Assembly: GCA_030141605.1 (NCBI GenBank)
Contig: JAQGDQ010000131.1
Coordinates: 1-64,000, forward strand
DNA: 64,000 nt
Direction: 5' to 3'
Source of the DNA: Tubiluchus corallicola
Lineage: Eukaryota; Animalia; Priapulida
The notes beneath the pieces were generated by a model. It made no database searches and had not been told where the DNA came from. It saw nothing but the letters and a program-made list of their open reading frames with translations. Below, one piece after another: positions 22,030-37,300 of the stretch. A program made the position numbers and the translations under genes. Every line of letters begins with the position of its first letter. The stretch's first letter is position 1.

Positions 22030-22117
22030 ACCAATGCAATAAAGCAAAATAATTATTGGCCCTTTAATTATCACGTGATCAGGCATGACGTCACTCGCAG
22101 CGCCGAGGACAGTGGCC
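22030..22117 (+). promoter_or_regulatory. Putative calsyntenin proximal promoter (CCAAT boxes, E-box TCACGTGA 22071-22078, CRE TGACGTCA 22086-22093)
   Basis: Perfect palindromic motifs clustered ~120-140 bp upstream of the signal-peptide ATG in a CpG-containing patch. Confidence 0.55.
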
Positions 22118-22212
22118 ATATTGACAACAGAGTGTATCGTTGTTTCGTGTTTGTGCGGATATATTTGATATAAAAATAAGAACAGACAATTAGTGAACGG
22201 TTAAACTGAATT

Positions 22213-22300
22213 ATGAATATAGGACTACCCGTGTGGGTGGTAAGCCTCCTGGTAGCTGCCCATCTTTCTTTGTGTGGTTTTGCTAGCTCTGATTTTCCTG
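22213..22300 (+). CDS. CLSTN1: Calsyntenin exon 1 (signal peptide)
   Basis: [29 protein letters not shown] with gtaagt donor; phase 1 matches exon 37232. Confidence 0.75.
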
Positions 22301-25300
22301 GTAAGTTGTACTTGTACATTTTAATAAACGGATCTGCAGACTGAAACATACAGTAGGTAAGCCTACTAGTACTACTGTTTGTCGTGTTCGATAGGTCTGA
22401 TACTCATTCATTGTACTACATTATATTTTAATAATTGGATTCGTCTGCTTTAACATGATGATTTGTCGTGGAAACTAGAAACAAATGCAATGGAATAGAT
22501 GTATTCAGACCAATAATAATAATATTTCCTATTATGTACAAGAGAAGCACAGTATTTCAAATAGCTTGCACTGCAAATTTATTTTTGTCATCATCTTAGT
22601 GGAGTGATGGCAAATTAGATGACCTTTCAGTCGTTTTGCCACCCTCTCTCTTTCTTTCTTGTTACATCATTTGTTATGTTATCTTTGCTATTTTATTGAG
22701 ACAAATAAACTACTCTGTAGTCTGTAAATGCTATTTTAATGCTATCACTAGTAATTATTCAAACGCCATTTTCTTTATTTCGCATAGAAGAAGAACTTGC
22801 TTGCATAATGTATTGCCTCTTTACATTTGATTGGGCAATGGGCAAGCAGAATCCTAAAACTATATTAAAGGAAATCTTTCGCAAGACAGAGAGTTAAAGA
22901 CACACGTTAAATGAACACCATCTGATAATGTTTCTCTTTGCTGTCAGTATGAGTTGTCACATTATTTACATTTATATTATTATTGTTGGTGTTAATAGTT
23001 ACAGCACTGCTATTTTGCAAACTATTGGAATTATCTTTGAATTAACAAAAGCTAAAATAACTTTGGTTTGTGAGCAGCTAGTAAGAGAGATTTTTGTGCC
23101 CTTAAATGAGGCAAAATATAAGGAATTGTCTTTCATGTGAAATCTGAGATGAGATAAAAAATCAATGTGGATGGAAACTTTTGGTTTTGTTGGAAAAAAT
23201 TCTTACTACAAATTATGTAATATGCATCAAAAATATCATGCTTAATCTATGCCATGCTGTAATCTTACAGCCTTACGCGCATTGTCAAAAACTCGCTTCA
23301 GTAAACATATGTCTCAATTTGCTTGATTAGTAATAAACCAGTAATGAGAAATTTTCAGCAAGATCGTTATGATTCTTAAGATATCTTATTTCGCAATGTC
23401 TTATTTAGCTTTTAAACATTTACTGCTGTGATCGATAGCATTTAGCAAATTCTGTGAGACATCATTTCTATAAACTATTTCTGCAAAATTTAATAAATGG
23501 GGTGTTGTACATATGCGATTCCTGGAGTGTTTGTGCACATTAAATGCACCGTATTTTTCTTCATATGCCTATACTTATTTGCACAAGTCCTAATTGAAGC
23601 TAACTCATTTGAGCGTCTGCATTTGACTTCTGACTAAAACATGTTTCAAGTTGCAATTTCTCTGCTAATGATATGTCACTAATAACTTTGGCTTTAGTTT
23701 ATATGTGTTCCACATAAACAGTTTATACCCTCCGAGTTTTGTTGTGCAATATCACCATTTGCTGTCAACATGACTGCTTTGGTGATAAATTATCCGGTAT
23801 GTAACTGTGCGTATGAGCTACCTTGTGCACTGCCAGCTCGCTAGTAACTACCAAAAGTGTTTTGGTTTCTACAATTAGGGAGTATGCATCAAACGTACAA
23901 CTTTCTCACTCATGACTGAGCTAGACTAAACAGTATACAGAGCTCTTTTTCATTAGATATGTAAACGTACTCAAATAATTTACTGTAGTTTCTCTATACT
24001 AGAGAGCTTGCGCATTGCCATATGCAAGTGTAACCTCATTCATCAATCACATGTGTGAGACCTCACCGAAGTAAGTAAATTTCTTTCAGATAAACTCGCA
24101 TGTTAGATCCAAACAATTCCCAACAGTTAGAAACAAGAATGTGCAGCTAGAAAAGGAACAAATGCTACTTGAGTGTTAAAACCAAGCAAGTTTTGTCTTT
24201 CAGTGTTATGTAGTCACCATGGCAACGACTAAATGTCACATTTAGATCAATTTATTGCCTGCTTTTCATTACAAAAGATTTCATTGTTGGCGAGGTGGAA
24301 AAGGCTAATCACTTGCATTTTATATTGCTGAAATCGATGGCTGACTTTTCCAGTTATTAAGCAGCAGAGCAATTGTTAGAGTGCAAGAAGAAAGTGTGAA
24401 TACCTGCCTAGTTGTAAAATACATATAAGCAGATTGGAGATATAAAATGGTCATAGCATAATTTTTAGCTTATAACGTAACCTTATTTTTAATTTTTGTG
24501 GACATGCATTCAAACATGCTCACAACTTGCCATTGACTGCATTGACTATTCTGTAGCCAACACAAATAAACCTTAGACTTAGAATTTACAGATCATTTGG
24601 CCTCACTATTCGCCTTTGTACGCTGACTGCATAATGACTGTAACCATTTACAATCGCATTTAATAGGCATAATATGAAATAGTCATTTTCATTTAGCAGA
24701 AATGTCCCCTTAGTGAACAGAAAAGACGTATCCAACTGCCACGAATGTCTGAACATATTAATGTCATGTGAAGCTGCATAAAAATTGATTGACGGTTTGC
24801 CTGGAGGTTTATTACAATTAGGTTTCAGCTTGTCCGTTTATTGAATGCTGACTAGGGACAAATAATGCATTCATTATTGTTGCGTAACAGGTTGTTGATG
24901 ATAGTGAGTTATTGTTGTACAGTTATAGGGTAGCAGTTTTCTAAGCAGAGAGAACTAACTGATTGAAAATTGATTCAGATTAACTGATGATAAATAAATA
25001 AATGTAGCAAAAAGGTAAAACTTCCTAATACAACACACTGTTGTAATTAATACAAATGTGCAATTTATTGATTTCTTGATGTGTGCTGCAAATTCTTTGT
25101 AAGGCTCTGCAACACAGAAATCCTCTTGATATGATTCTGTCAAGAGCGCCATGACGTGGCTTTACAGCTGTCCTGGATTAACTCAAAGCCGTCTGAATCA
25201 TTAGGTTAATAAGGGTAGTCGCTTGTAGAACTTCTTTGATTCATTTCATTATTTCACGATTCACCTCGTACCACCTCATTAATCTAACGAAGTAGACAAT

Positions 25301-28300
25301 GCATACATGTACAGTAAATTATGTAGGATGATTGGAAACTCACTTTGAAATTTAAAAGTCATTATTATTTGCTGCTACAGTTTGTTGGACCCTTGGCTTT
25401 CAAGACAAAAGACAAGATTCATTTGCTGTCGCTCATTTAACAGACAACATCAGCACTAAAGCTATTTAGCCACTTACACTTACAACAATTTATGTGTAAG
25501 GATGCAACACACAAATAACGAATGACATGTAGGCTACATGCACTGGCATTGGCAGCTGCTAGTCTCGAACTCAAGACTGCGTAGCTGCAGTCTGAAATCT
25601 ATCCCACTTGGCCGCCCAACCCAGGACATCGGGACTTTGTAAAGGTAATCTAAAGTTAGCTTTAAATAAGCAATCCTAGAATGTGATAACGTGATAAACG
25701 TAATTACGTTAACTTCAAAATTCAAAAGTGCACAAACGTGAGAAAATAATTTCAGTTATTATTAGACATATCTAGAGAAATTTTGTCAGTGCTGTTCACT
25801 CTAAAATATTGAGAATGTTTGGTGAATGACATACGCTTGTAATGAGGCATTAAAAATCTCATTCTCAAAAACAAATTTAAATTTTTAATGGAAACCAGAA
25901 ACCAAGTGTACTATACTCCGGTTTTATTACCTAATCTCGGCTATAAATTTTGAAACTTAATTTGGCAGATTTCTTTAGAAACCTTCAACCTTTTCAAACA
26001 CAAGTTCCGTCTGGCTTCTACTGTTTGCGTTTCATATTATCAAACCTCTTACTCTAATGAAATGTTTATGGATGAAACCACTGTCTATGATGCTCTTGTA
26101 AACTAGCGCTAATTCGTATGTGATGAATATTTATAAGTTCATGCGTTATACGCTTGGATCCATTCTTCGTGTGTTGCATATAGATTGTGCCAGTTGACAC
26201 TGTGACAAAACACGAGAAAATCGAAACCTGAACTAAGCTTTCTTGAACGGGAGCCCGCTGTTAAATATCGCATGCTTTAGTTAAATTTGAAAACTGAACA
26301 TTGGTACATTTACTTTATATACAAATTGATGCATCACTCTTTCGTATGTACAATAATTGTGCACTTCGTGTTTTTTGTCTTATGAGAGGTATGCAACTGG
26401 GTATTTTAAATCATCTGTCATGCGATACTTAGCCAGTTGCTTTCACTGATCACTACCTTTAAAATACACACACTATCCAGACTACCCTGACACACGCAGC
26501 AGGAATTTGGTATCATTTTCACTAGAAATCATCAGAAACAAAGCAGCCTAATGTGCACCGAGTCAACTTAATGTATACATAAGACCTAATGTTTGCTAAA
26601 TGTATGCTAGTAATTTGTTAACTTTCAAATGACTATAACCCACATGTCATTGGTTGTTGCTGTTGCATTCAAATGTTAGGCTTTCGTTTGTATCATTCGC
26701 TTCATTTAGTTTATAAAAACTTTGATTTGACCACTTCAGACATTATCATGTGACTTTGAGAATACAGTGGGATAACACAATTTTCATTTCGATTTTATAC
26801 CTATCATTTTAAATGCACCAAAAATTTAATGCCAGGAAACTCAGGTCTACAGTTTATAAGACATGTCTAAACAAAATGACTGTACTGCGTTTAAGTTTGT
26901 CAGCTAAAAGCTAATGATAACTGCGTAGTTAAACTGCCTTGTAAATGCTATCTGCAAAAACACTTTTGCTACATTGAATTACAATATGTTAATCCTGTTT
27001 TGTGTAATGTAATCCTGTTTATATAGTGTAATAATGATCCGGATCCTGATTATTTCCTTGTCATTAACTGGAGTGATTAATAGCTACACATTTGGAAGCT
27101 GCTGAGCTGAATGATAACCTTTCGGATGCATGCATTCTCTCGGGGGAAAAAGTAATGCAGTTTAATACTCCCACCGATACTTGACAACATTATTATTATT
27201 ATCATTATCACATTTATAATGGTCATGTAATTTTCAAGCATTTCTAATTTATCACAAAATGTTTCCAGGTAATGCTGCAATAATGTATTTTCAAGACACC
27301 ATGATTATGCTGACAACAAAATGGGTTTTTATGCCATTTATTATTTTTTACAGTGCAACACAATACACATATTTTACAGTATACTAAAGCACAATAAAGA
27401 TTTCCTGGCTCCAAGAAAAACAGTAGATTGTTGTACACGTGTACGTTCTTTTACACCGCAAAAGAGTAATAATAATACACATCTTATCAGTAAAACACAG
27501 ATGTATACACGGATACATGGATGAATTTATGAAAAATCCTTGAATTTACTAACAAAACATGCATTTCGTAACCCATTACAGGTTGCTTCTTTAATTTGAA
27601 CACATAAAATGTGGAACATTTTCAAATGCAAAAATTATAAAGAACAACCCCAACAGAAAATAGAAAAGTGCATTCCCTAAGACCAGTATTGCAGGAACCT
27701 TGATGACTATTATATTGACAACAATGAAGAAACTAAATACTGTAAATAAACAAATAGTAACAGATGCTAAATCTATTAAGATACACCTTACCTTTGTGTA
27801 ATGGCTTAGGTACAGGGGTTACAAGAATTTATATTAAAATTTAATTTGATGAAGAGCACTTAGCATGCAATTTTTGTAATGAACAATGGTTGTAACTTGG
27901 AAATATTTCTTGTTGACAAGAACTGACACAATTGCTATTGCTTTTAATCTTTTATTGTCCGATTTATCAAGGTGGAATTGTATATCAGGTCACAATCACT
28001 ATATCCATATAATGGAAGGCAGCTTTGAATTCTGATTCAAAATTTGATTCTGTGGATCGATTACTCGTCTATAGGTTATATTCAATGGTTCTATAGCCTG
28101 ATGGTTAATAAAAGTCCATTATTGTTGAACTAGACACTGTTACCATTGATTTTGGTATTGATGTCTTAGCGGACGTGCTTTGATCCTGACAATTACTAAG
28201 AGAGTAATCAATAGCATCGTGGTTAGTAGTTTTGTATGACAGGTCACATCTAGGTTGGCTGCTAAATTGGGCTGCGTATTAAAACGCACTGAGATGGTTT

Positions 28301-31300
28301 CTGAAATGATCTCTAAAAGATAATATGACTACGAATAATAAAATTTAGCTGTGTGAGACTATGAACACGGATTCCAGACCTTTAATCTGAACTACCTTGA
28401 CTGAACTATCTCATCATGGTCATGTACTTTATGTGTCATGTGTGGGTGTAGGAGTCATAGGTTACACATTGTGCTTTGTTATACTCCAAGAGAAAATTGT
28501 ATATTATATTTTCGCATAAAGTCACAGTCGCCAAACTTTAGTATGATGATATGGCCATTACACATTCTATAGTTTCAAGTTTATTTATACGCTAAGGCAC
28601 AACGCAAACTGAAGTCGAGTATCAGTGGCAAAGCCTACTCGATATTGGTGTTTGTGGCGAACATTGCCCATGATAAAAAACTAGATTTATTTACCGCTGC
28701 CCATTTAACAGACAACATTAGCACTGCCGGTTATTTAACGACTTGCACTTAAGGACGCTACACACAAATAACATGTAGGGTATATACGGTAAGCCAATAG
28801 AAGTATCTTAACCACATTCTGGTGAATCTACATCCTCAACAAGGTAAAAAGCCAGATCATTGTAGTGAATGAAACTTCTCAGAGCGAATATTGAGCCCAA
28901 TATTGATCACGACCAATTCTCTGATCATTTTCGATGTGATGTTACTTCGATTGCAAGGCACGTTCACATGACCACTCAGCTATCCTACATTATGTCACAA
29001 CATCAGTTAAAACTCGGGTCACAAGCTTTCTGTCTTTGGAAATCAAAATAACCAATTGACAGCATGAGTAGTGCATGGGTCACGGAAAGCTGACCCATTT
29101 CGCATGGTTCGATGCCTCAAGCATTCTTTGCGTTGTTTGAAAGTGTCTTGCTTTAAGTCGTCTTTGAAGTTTCATTTCTGGTTTTTCCACCTGTTGTGAA
29201 CATGTGTAGAATGCTCTACAGCTGAATCCACCTAAATTGGCCGAATGGAGCCAAAGCTGGCTACATTCTTGGCAAACTGATGGAGTGTTACATACTTTCT
29301 TCTGTGACTGGAAGGAAAAATGGGGCGTTTACAAAGGTAAACGGAAACTGTAACTACCTAGAATTGCGCTTTCGGTCTTGATCGCCTGCTTTCCGTAAAA
29401 CTAATTTACGTAGAGTAGATTGTCTCTAACTCATTACATTTCTGTGGCCGTTGCTGCGTTGCTGATGCTGTACTGTAGGCTTGATACAAAAGATGCTCTT
29501 TACACTAAGCACTCCAATTGTAGAACTGTAGTTGCTGTGTTTGTATTTCCCTGTAAATGCGTCTGCCTTGTTACTATGGTGTCTCTCAATAACGCTCACA
29601 ACCTTCTCAACTTGCTTAATCATACTATACATTGTGACGCTTAGAATACATGTAGCGTTGTGCAGATTACTTCACTGCATCTCAAATTAAATATCGGATC
29701 ACTAAAAACCCGTAGTGAAGAGTTACAGAAGTAAGAGAGAGCAGATCATTTAATATTATAAAATAGTGATAAGGCACGACCCTTTTGAATTATTCACTCT
29801 ATGTTTTTCCTTGGTCTTGATTGTGAATCAGATAATGATAACACATATTTTGAGGTCATCTACGATTCTGCTTAATTCATTACTGTCTTATGTTTATTCT
29901 TAGAATTAAAAGATTGAATTTTCTTGGTACTTTCAGTTGCAGTGAATAACAAAATTTTGCGTTGTGACCAGTATTTTCGTGTTATCTGGCACTAGGATAA
30001 AACTCGTTGGTTTTATTGCTTTGTAAAACTGCACAGCTCACCGCTCCTCTTTGTAAGTCGTCACAAATATGCATTTACAAGTTTTTGTTGCTGTTATAAA
30101 AATTCGAGGTGGAGACTGTCACTGTAGTACTGCTTTACGGTATTTTTTTGAATAGCTCTCTTTTTTAGGACAAGCGCCAATTTTGTTAATGTGGGCCTAT
30201 GGTATAACACTGCTTGTTTCAGTTAGTCGTTCTAGTAGATTAACTTTCTCTAGTTGGTGTCCAACGATCCTTAAAATGTCTTGCTGTTTGCGAATGTCTG
30301 ATGTACAAGAATAAATTAATCTATCATCTTTCCTTGCTTGTTGACCGGTCTTCTCACTGGACTGTCCACCCAGTGTGTCCAGTGGCCCACTTGTTCAGTA
30401 TTGTCCAGACACCAGTATTCCTTTGTAGTTAGCAAATGCTTGAGTATTTAAAGAGCGTATGCAAGCGTTTACTCATCGTCTTCCTGGGTCTTTGACGCGT
30501 CTTTGCACTGGATTGTTACTTGTTAGCTGGTAATGATGTCTGAAACTGATGCTGCATTACCCTACAAACCAATTTGTTTGTGACATTTTGCAAGATAAGC
30601 TCTCTTGCAGTCGGATGATTCACGGGCATTAGGTAGAATCAATGTGCGCTGCTTCGCGGACCCCGGTAAATTAACTGCTGGCTACTCAAGTGATAGTTAT
30701 TATGTCAGCTCAGCAGGAGTAAGTTGGCTTTCTGTAAGTGTACTTCAAAATAAGTGTATATAGTTTGGCTTATTATGACTATTGATGCTCACTTTTATTT
30801 TAAGATACCAAGTAAATTTTATGATTAGAGTGGCTTAAACCAAAATGTTTAGGTAGAGTTTATTACCACAGCGATTTGATATCGCAAACACAATGATAAC
30901 GTAGTAGTAACCAAAAAGAAAAATCAATGATAACCTTATGTACACAGCAAGCTGGTTGGAATAAAATTTAAATGTTATGATTGCCTGAGTATGGTCAAAT
31001 TTAGTATCAAATAATAATTTTTTTTGCCGAGAAAGGGTATCCGTGTAGTTTCAGGTATCGGTCTGAATGTGTGCTATTGAAAAATGGAGCCACTGACCTA
31101 GCAGCGGTGCTGTGGAATTTTGGAAACATGAGTTGCAACCTGGTGGGCGTGAATATGCCAAAAACTTGCCAATAACCCGATAGGATACAATAACGGGTTA
31201 AATATGTGTTCTTTGCATTGTAGATAAAGTCAGCGACACATGGTAAAGCATAGAGTCCACAAGCCACAATCATCGCTAGCCGCCTCTAGTTTTGTTCAGA

Positions 31301-34300
31301 AGTTTCCCCCTTTTCTGTTCTTTTTTTTCTCTGAACAAGATGATTAGACCTCCGTGACTCTGTGTCATATTTTCCCTTGTCTCTGTTCTGATCCTGTGCT
31401 TTTCCTTACCATTATATGTCGCTTCAAACTTCAAAGCTATACTGTTAAAAATTTCTTCTGATCTGCAAAATAGTGCGTGCATACGACCAAATCTTAAAAG
31501 CATTCGAAATTGCGGGAGAAACTTTAATTCGTCCAATGCACGCAAGATAAATTATTTTTCGCTCGACTTGCGGGGATTTGGCTTGCACGCCTATTGATCA
31601 GCCGGGTGTTCCATTATATTTTTCATCAATATTTTGCGCGTGCAGTTCGCCCTGATTAAGTAATAAATTTCTCTATAAATCAACTTCCTAGATACCTGTG
31701 AGCACGAGATAAGAAGTTTTAATCTAACCCGGAATTACCGTGAAGCTGGCTGTTGTTAAAAACAGGCAGGTTCAGAAGCACTCATTACATTATTTAACAT
31801 CCTGCTTTTTTGAGTGTGCATGTTTAAGTACTGTTTGCCTGTTACGTATTCAATGTGGTCCCACCCGTATTTCAGTGGCTTTGCATGCCTTTGACGAAGT
31901 ATAAGTATGATGGCGTCTAAACTATGTGAACTTGCTTGGATAAAATAGATTAAAAATAAGATAAAATAAAAATTTTCAAGAGTTATAATAAGAGCGAAAC
32001 GGAATGAATTGTGATATAATAAGCTAAGTTGCGATAAAATAAGATAAGGTAAGGTAACGTACAGGAGCTTTATTTCAGGTAAAAGTTCAAGTTATCATCA
32101 CATACACAGTAAAATCCATGACGTCATGTATGTGATAAAATTTAAACACTGGTACAATAAAATGACCCAGTATTACTTAAGAAAAATTATGCACAGAAGT
32201 TTATTTGTAGTTTATTTTTCCAAAAATCACAAATTTTAGATAAAATGATACAAATACAATCACTGTCGAAAACTTCATTCACCAATGTATATAGATATTA
32301 TTTTGGTTGTTAACATTGGCCCAGCCCCAGCACTGGTTAACTTCGATCACAAAGCTCACTTAGTGGTCACTCTGCTATTCTCGTATGTAAGACCTAAGTA
32401 AAAAATTGTCAAGTGTAAAGACAATAAAGGCAAACTGTTGCAATAAGGTCGTAAGTTCTAATCTAAAAATATAACTTAATCAAACTGTTTAAGAGAAAAA
32501 GTTTCAAATAGTTTCTCTTGGCTTTTTGGGAATTAAGATGCCGTGTAAACTGCAAAATAGTAGAATCACGCAGTGAGCTGCACATTGTCGCTATCGTCCA
32601 TGGTCCAAACCATTTTTTACGGTGAAACAAGTTAAAAATTAAATTTTCAGGGTACTCTTGATTCGTTAACTGTCATTTCTGTTTAATGGTTTAGGAGAAA
32701 AAGGCACAAAGGTTCCATAGTTTCTTAATATACGTAAGCATAATTTCTTAATACATAGATACATTACATACGTAAGCTTAATATACGTTGTATGTTGCCA
32801 AATCAGCGATTGTTAAAGTTAACCAAAGTTATAAGTAGAGCAAATGTTGAAGTTATAAGTAATAAATAATTAGCTTCATTCCTAAACCGCTGGGCAGATT
32901 AAAGCTAATGAATTTCTAATCATCGAACAAAGAAATTGTACAGAAATTCGTCATTCGCGGTGGATTATAATGCACTTGCCGATGTGCCAACTACAGCTTG
33001 CTAATCCATAGAAAGTGCATTCCCAGATAAATTACTTTTTCCGCCATGGTGTCTTTGATGCGGATTGCACGAGAATTTGCTTCTAATGGTCGCTTTTGTA
33101 ACTGCTAATCCAAAGTCCAAATGCCGCCTGCGTTTTTGAAAATGAAAAACATTTAAAGCAGTAGGGGTGAGTAACCTACTAAATAACATTTTAAAAGGGA
33201 GAAATTGGGTCGGAATGGCATAACTGGATTAAAATATGCCTAAGCTGCATGTGTAGAAAGGAAGTGTGATTTATAGCTTTCACTGAACCGTTTTCGTTGT
33301 TCTTTTACTTATTCTTTTTCAACTGGTAAAATGACACCACTTAGGTTTTCAAAGGACAAGGTCACTTGTGAGCCTGTTGATAATCTTTTCTGGTCTAGTA
33401 AGTCTGGTCGACAGGGTAGCTTGGTCTGAAGTAATTGTAAGAGTCATGTGAAAGGACTGGTGACTGCAGAAATGATGATGACTTGGTTCTGTTTCTGGTT
33501 CTTTCTGTCATCAAAATTTAATGGCTTTGTCAGTTCTATAGCTGTTGAATGGATTTCAATGAAAATGTAAACGCTATGGATTCCATGATTTTGATGGAAG
33601 AACTACAAATTGTTCTCGACAAAATAAACAAAACTGACAAAATTGCATATATTTGCGGTGATTTTAAAATGGATTTGATACAGCACGAACAAAAAAACTA
33701 CATTAATAATTATCTTAATACAATATATAACAACCAGTTTATTCCAATTATTACCCAACCTTTCAATACTAACTACAACATCTGAAACACTAATTGACCG
33801 CATATATACTAATGATCTTGTGAGTCCTATCAAAGCAGGCATTGTTTTGTATCCTATATGAGACCATCTACCTATATTTGCAATAATCAAATCCTCGCAC
33901 ATATACAAATCAGTAGCAAAAATTAAAGTTGGGTCTTCTAAGAACTTCAATCAGAATGCTTTCCTCGACAAACTCAAACTTTCCTTACTAGACAACATTT
34001 TTTCAAAAATTTACAACAGTCTTAAAGAAACATGCACCTGAAAAAATATTATTATAGAAAAGAAAAAAGAACATTTCTAAAACCATGGCATACACGCTTA
34101 CACCTTCTAAAAAAACATAGCAACATGTACAGGACTCACAAGCTTTCCAATTCACTATTAAAAAGAAATCAGTACAAACAATACTCTAATAAACTAAATC
34201 ACATTAAAGCGCGTGCAAAGAAAAAATACTATGATAATCTCATCAGTCAAAATAAAGATAATATGCACAAAGTGTGGTCTTCTTTAACTGAAATCCTGAA

Positions 34301-37300
34301 AAACAAAAAGAATTGTAGCATTGTGCCAACTAAAATCAATAATAATGGAAAGATAAGTATCTGACCCTGTAAGTATTGCTAACTATGTAAATGATTTCTT
34401 TGCATCTGTTGGAAATGAACTGGCAAGCAAAATTACAGCCACTGAGAACCCAATGAGATATATGGGACAACCTAATCCCAGAAGTATCACTATAGACACT
34501 GTTTTAGAGCATGAGGTTTCCACACTGATCTCTAGGCTGAATGTATCCAAATCAGGACCTGAAAATGTGCCAGTTAAATACTACAAACTAAGCAATAACA
34601 TTATTTCCCCTGTACTAGCTAAACTAATAAATATGTCAGTAATTCAGGGAACCTTTCCTGATGCATTAAAGTTCGCCAAAATAATACCGATCTATATCTT
34701 TACTGTCTCCTATAAGCAATATCTTTGAATAAGTTATTTACTCTAAACTCTCAAACTTCTTTACTTCTAATATTTTAAGCGAATATCAATTTGGATTTCA
34801 GCAAAATTATTTAACCATGCTAACAACAGCTGAACTAATTGACAGTGTCCGTAATAACTTAGACAAAAATTTAATCACCTGTGGCATGTTCCTTGATCTT
34901 ACAAAAGCTTTTGACACTGTAAATATACATAAAATTATGTGTTAATTACCTCAGTTTTTGTTTAGAAATTACTGATTTAGGAAATCAAGCTGGTTAAGTT
35001 AATTTATTGTTTGTATCTCATTCTCACTATTGCCGCCTGTGATCATATAATTTTAACATATTAAAAAAATGGCTGACTTGATGACCTTTTGGTGGGCTCG
35101 CTATCCTCTCTACTTTTCACTTATTACTAGCAATCAGGTTTTATTTACCTGTATACTATTCATCTATTGCTCCCTTATAGACTGGAAGTGGTTACTGTAC
35201 ATTTGTAAATTGGAGAAAAAAAAATTCAATTTCAATAAAATGTAAAAGACTTAGACAAAAATGAGTGTTTTTTGACGCACATGAAGAATTCTTTTGTATA
35301 ATTTCAGTCCTTCTGTATTGCAAAAAGCTGTTTCAGTCCCTTTCTTGCAGCTATACAAAAACAGAGATCTACATATAGCACAATGCATGGCAATTTCTTT
35401 TATCTTTCGGTACATCGCAAATGTTTAGGTACATTGTACATTGCGGAATCCAATGTTCAACAGAGACCGTTCATTGTGGTGGCGAGACCGGAACCTCCCT
35501 TATTATCAAGGCCAATCCTCTAGGATGAGCCACTGAACCGGCAGAGGTGTATTTTAGCCATTTTCGGATCTGGCTTCAGAAAAAATCAGTACATGGCGAA
35601 TGAAATCTTTTAAAGTATACAACCAGGTGGTCACTCATCCATTCACTTACGAGTCTTGGTGCCGTTCTTAACTTCGGTCACTAAGCACACGCTGTGACCA
35701 CTCAAATGACAAAACAATGAGTGTAGAGCCTTTATTCGGTGTATTTGTCTTTTCTGGTCTTGCATTGGCTTTGGCTTCAACCGCATTAAATCGAATTTTG
35801 CTCGATTTAGCTGCTGGGTTTCATTCAGTCGCTGTTACAGCGGTTCAGAAAATCGTATAATTACTCGATGACTCGCTCGCGAGGGGAGGGGTTATGAAAT
35901 TCACGTCGGTCTATACCTAACAATTCACTCACTTCAGCAATACAGGTGGGCTTGCGTGTAGCACAACACGCCTACGGGCAATGGTTACAGGTGCACATTC
36001 ACCTAAAAGGCGGTACATGTATATATTACTACTACAGTTCTAGTACTGTACTATTTTAACCAGTAAAAAGTGGGAGACCCTTGTCGTGCTCGAAAATAAA
36101 GAAAATAGATACATTCTATACATTTCAGATATCTGGCTTAGCCTGAAATACTGCAGCTATATCTGGACAAATTAGTGCCTCAGCCAGTAACCCATTTCGT
36201 AGATTGCGAAATTGTATTATTTAGTAGGATCTGATTTAGCATCAGCTTTGTAATCTCTTGCTCATCAAAAGTCTGTCTGAATTATCCCTCCCTAATTATT
36301 ATGGTTCCCTCAATATTTATCAAATGGTGTTATCTGGTTCTTTCATAATTGGTTAACTGTACAGAATTTGTTGCTGCTTGCAACTTTATTCTAGACATTT
36401 CTGTAGGTGCAAGACAAACTGTAAGAAGAAGTTAAAGGACATGAACACCTACTACATGTCTCTAGTAAATTTTTTATAAGAATTCTTTCTGGAATTGTAT
36501 TCATTGTTGGGATCCGAATTTTAAGTCCGAAATCCGGTAAAAATTACTGTTCGAATTCAGTATTTAGCAGATTTTTGACTGTAATCGAGATTCGGGGGTC
36601 TGGATCCTGAACGCAACTAAACTGTACAAGAAATACGAAGCATAGAATGGCTAGTGGCTACTGCTAATGGCTATATATTACTTTGTGAACATTATATTAA
36701 ATTTTGCAGTTTCGGGTATTTGGTTGGCCTGTGCGTTTTTAACTCCAGCATTTGGTACTTAGAAGTTTTAAAATCAATTTTTTTCAGTTCTTGAAGAGTA
36801 ATATGTTGTAAGTACATTATAGTTATTGTACTTGTATAATTTATATGCATGCTACACAGTAAAAGCTGCAGGTCAGTCAAATAAATGCTTAACACCTATG
36901 ATTAACCCACTAAAGAGCCTGCAGTAAAGGATAGGGTTTTACCACCTAGATGGGGATGTATATAGATAAATTCAGTTCCGGTAATAAAATTCCAGATCTT
37001 GTCCAAGTCAGGTAACTTCAAATAAGGGGCATAATTACTTCAATGTCTTGCTGCATTTAGGGTGGTTACAAGCCTTCTTTTACATGATCTGTATAAAAAT
37101 ATTGGTGAAACTGATTGTGTTAATGTTTGTTGCCTTCGCTTGTTTTCCACTGAATACTGCTTCATTGTTTCTTGTCATAGACCTGGTCACTGGGCGTAGT
37201 CAGTCAAACTGATGCTTCTCTTTTATTTCAGAAACTGAAAGTTCTCGACCAGAGTTTGATAGTGATAATCTCATTTACCATGGTTTAATACGAGAGAATG

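Noticed and set aside
30355-30385. Hairpin CACTGGAC...GTCCAGTG (also ATGGGTCA...TGACCCAT at ~29075-29098) as miRNA candidates
   Set aside because: Stems of only ~8 bp, too short for pre-miRNAs; compatible with chance or TE subterminal motifs.
35623-35704. Possible 5S rRNA gene
   Set aside because: Only a partial, highly diverged match.
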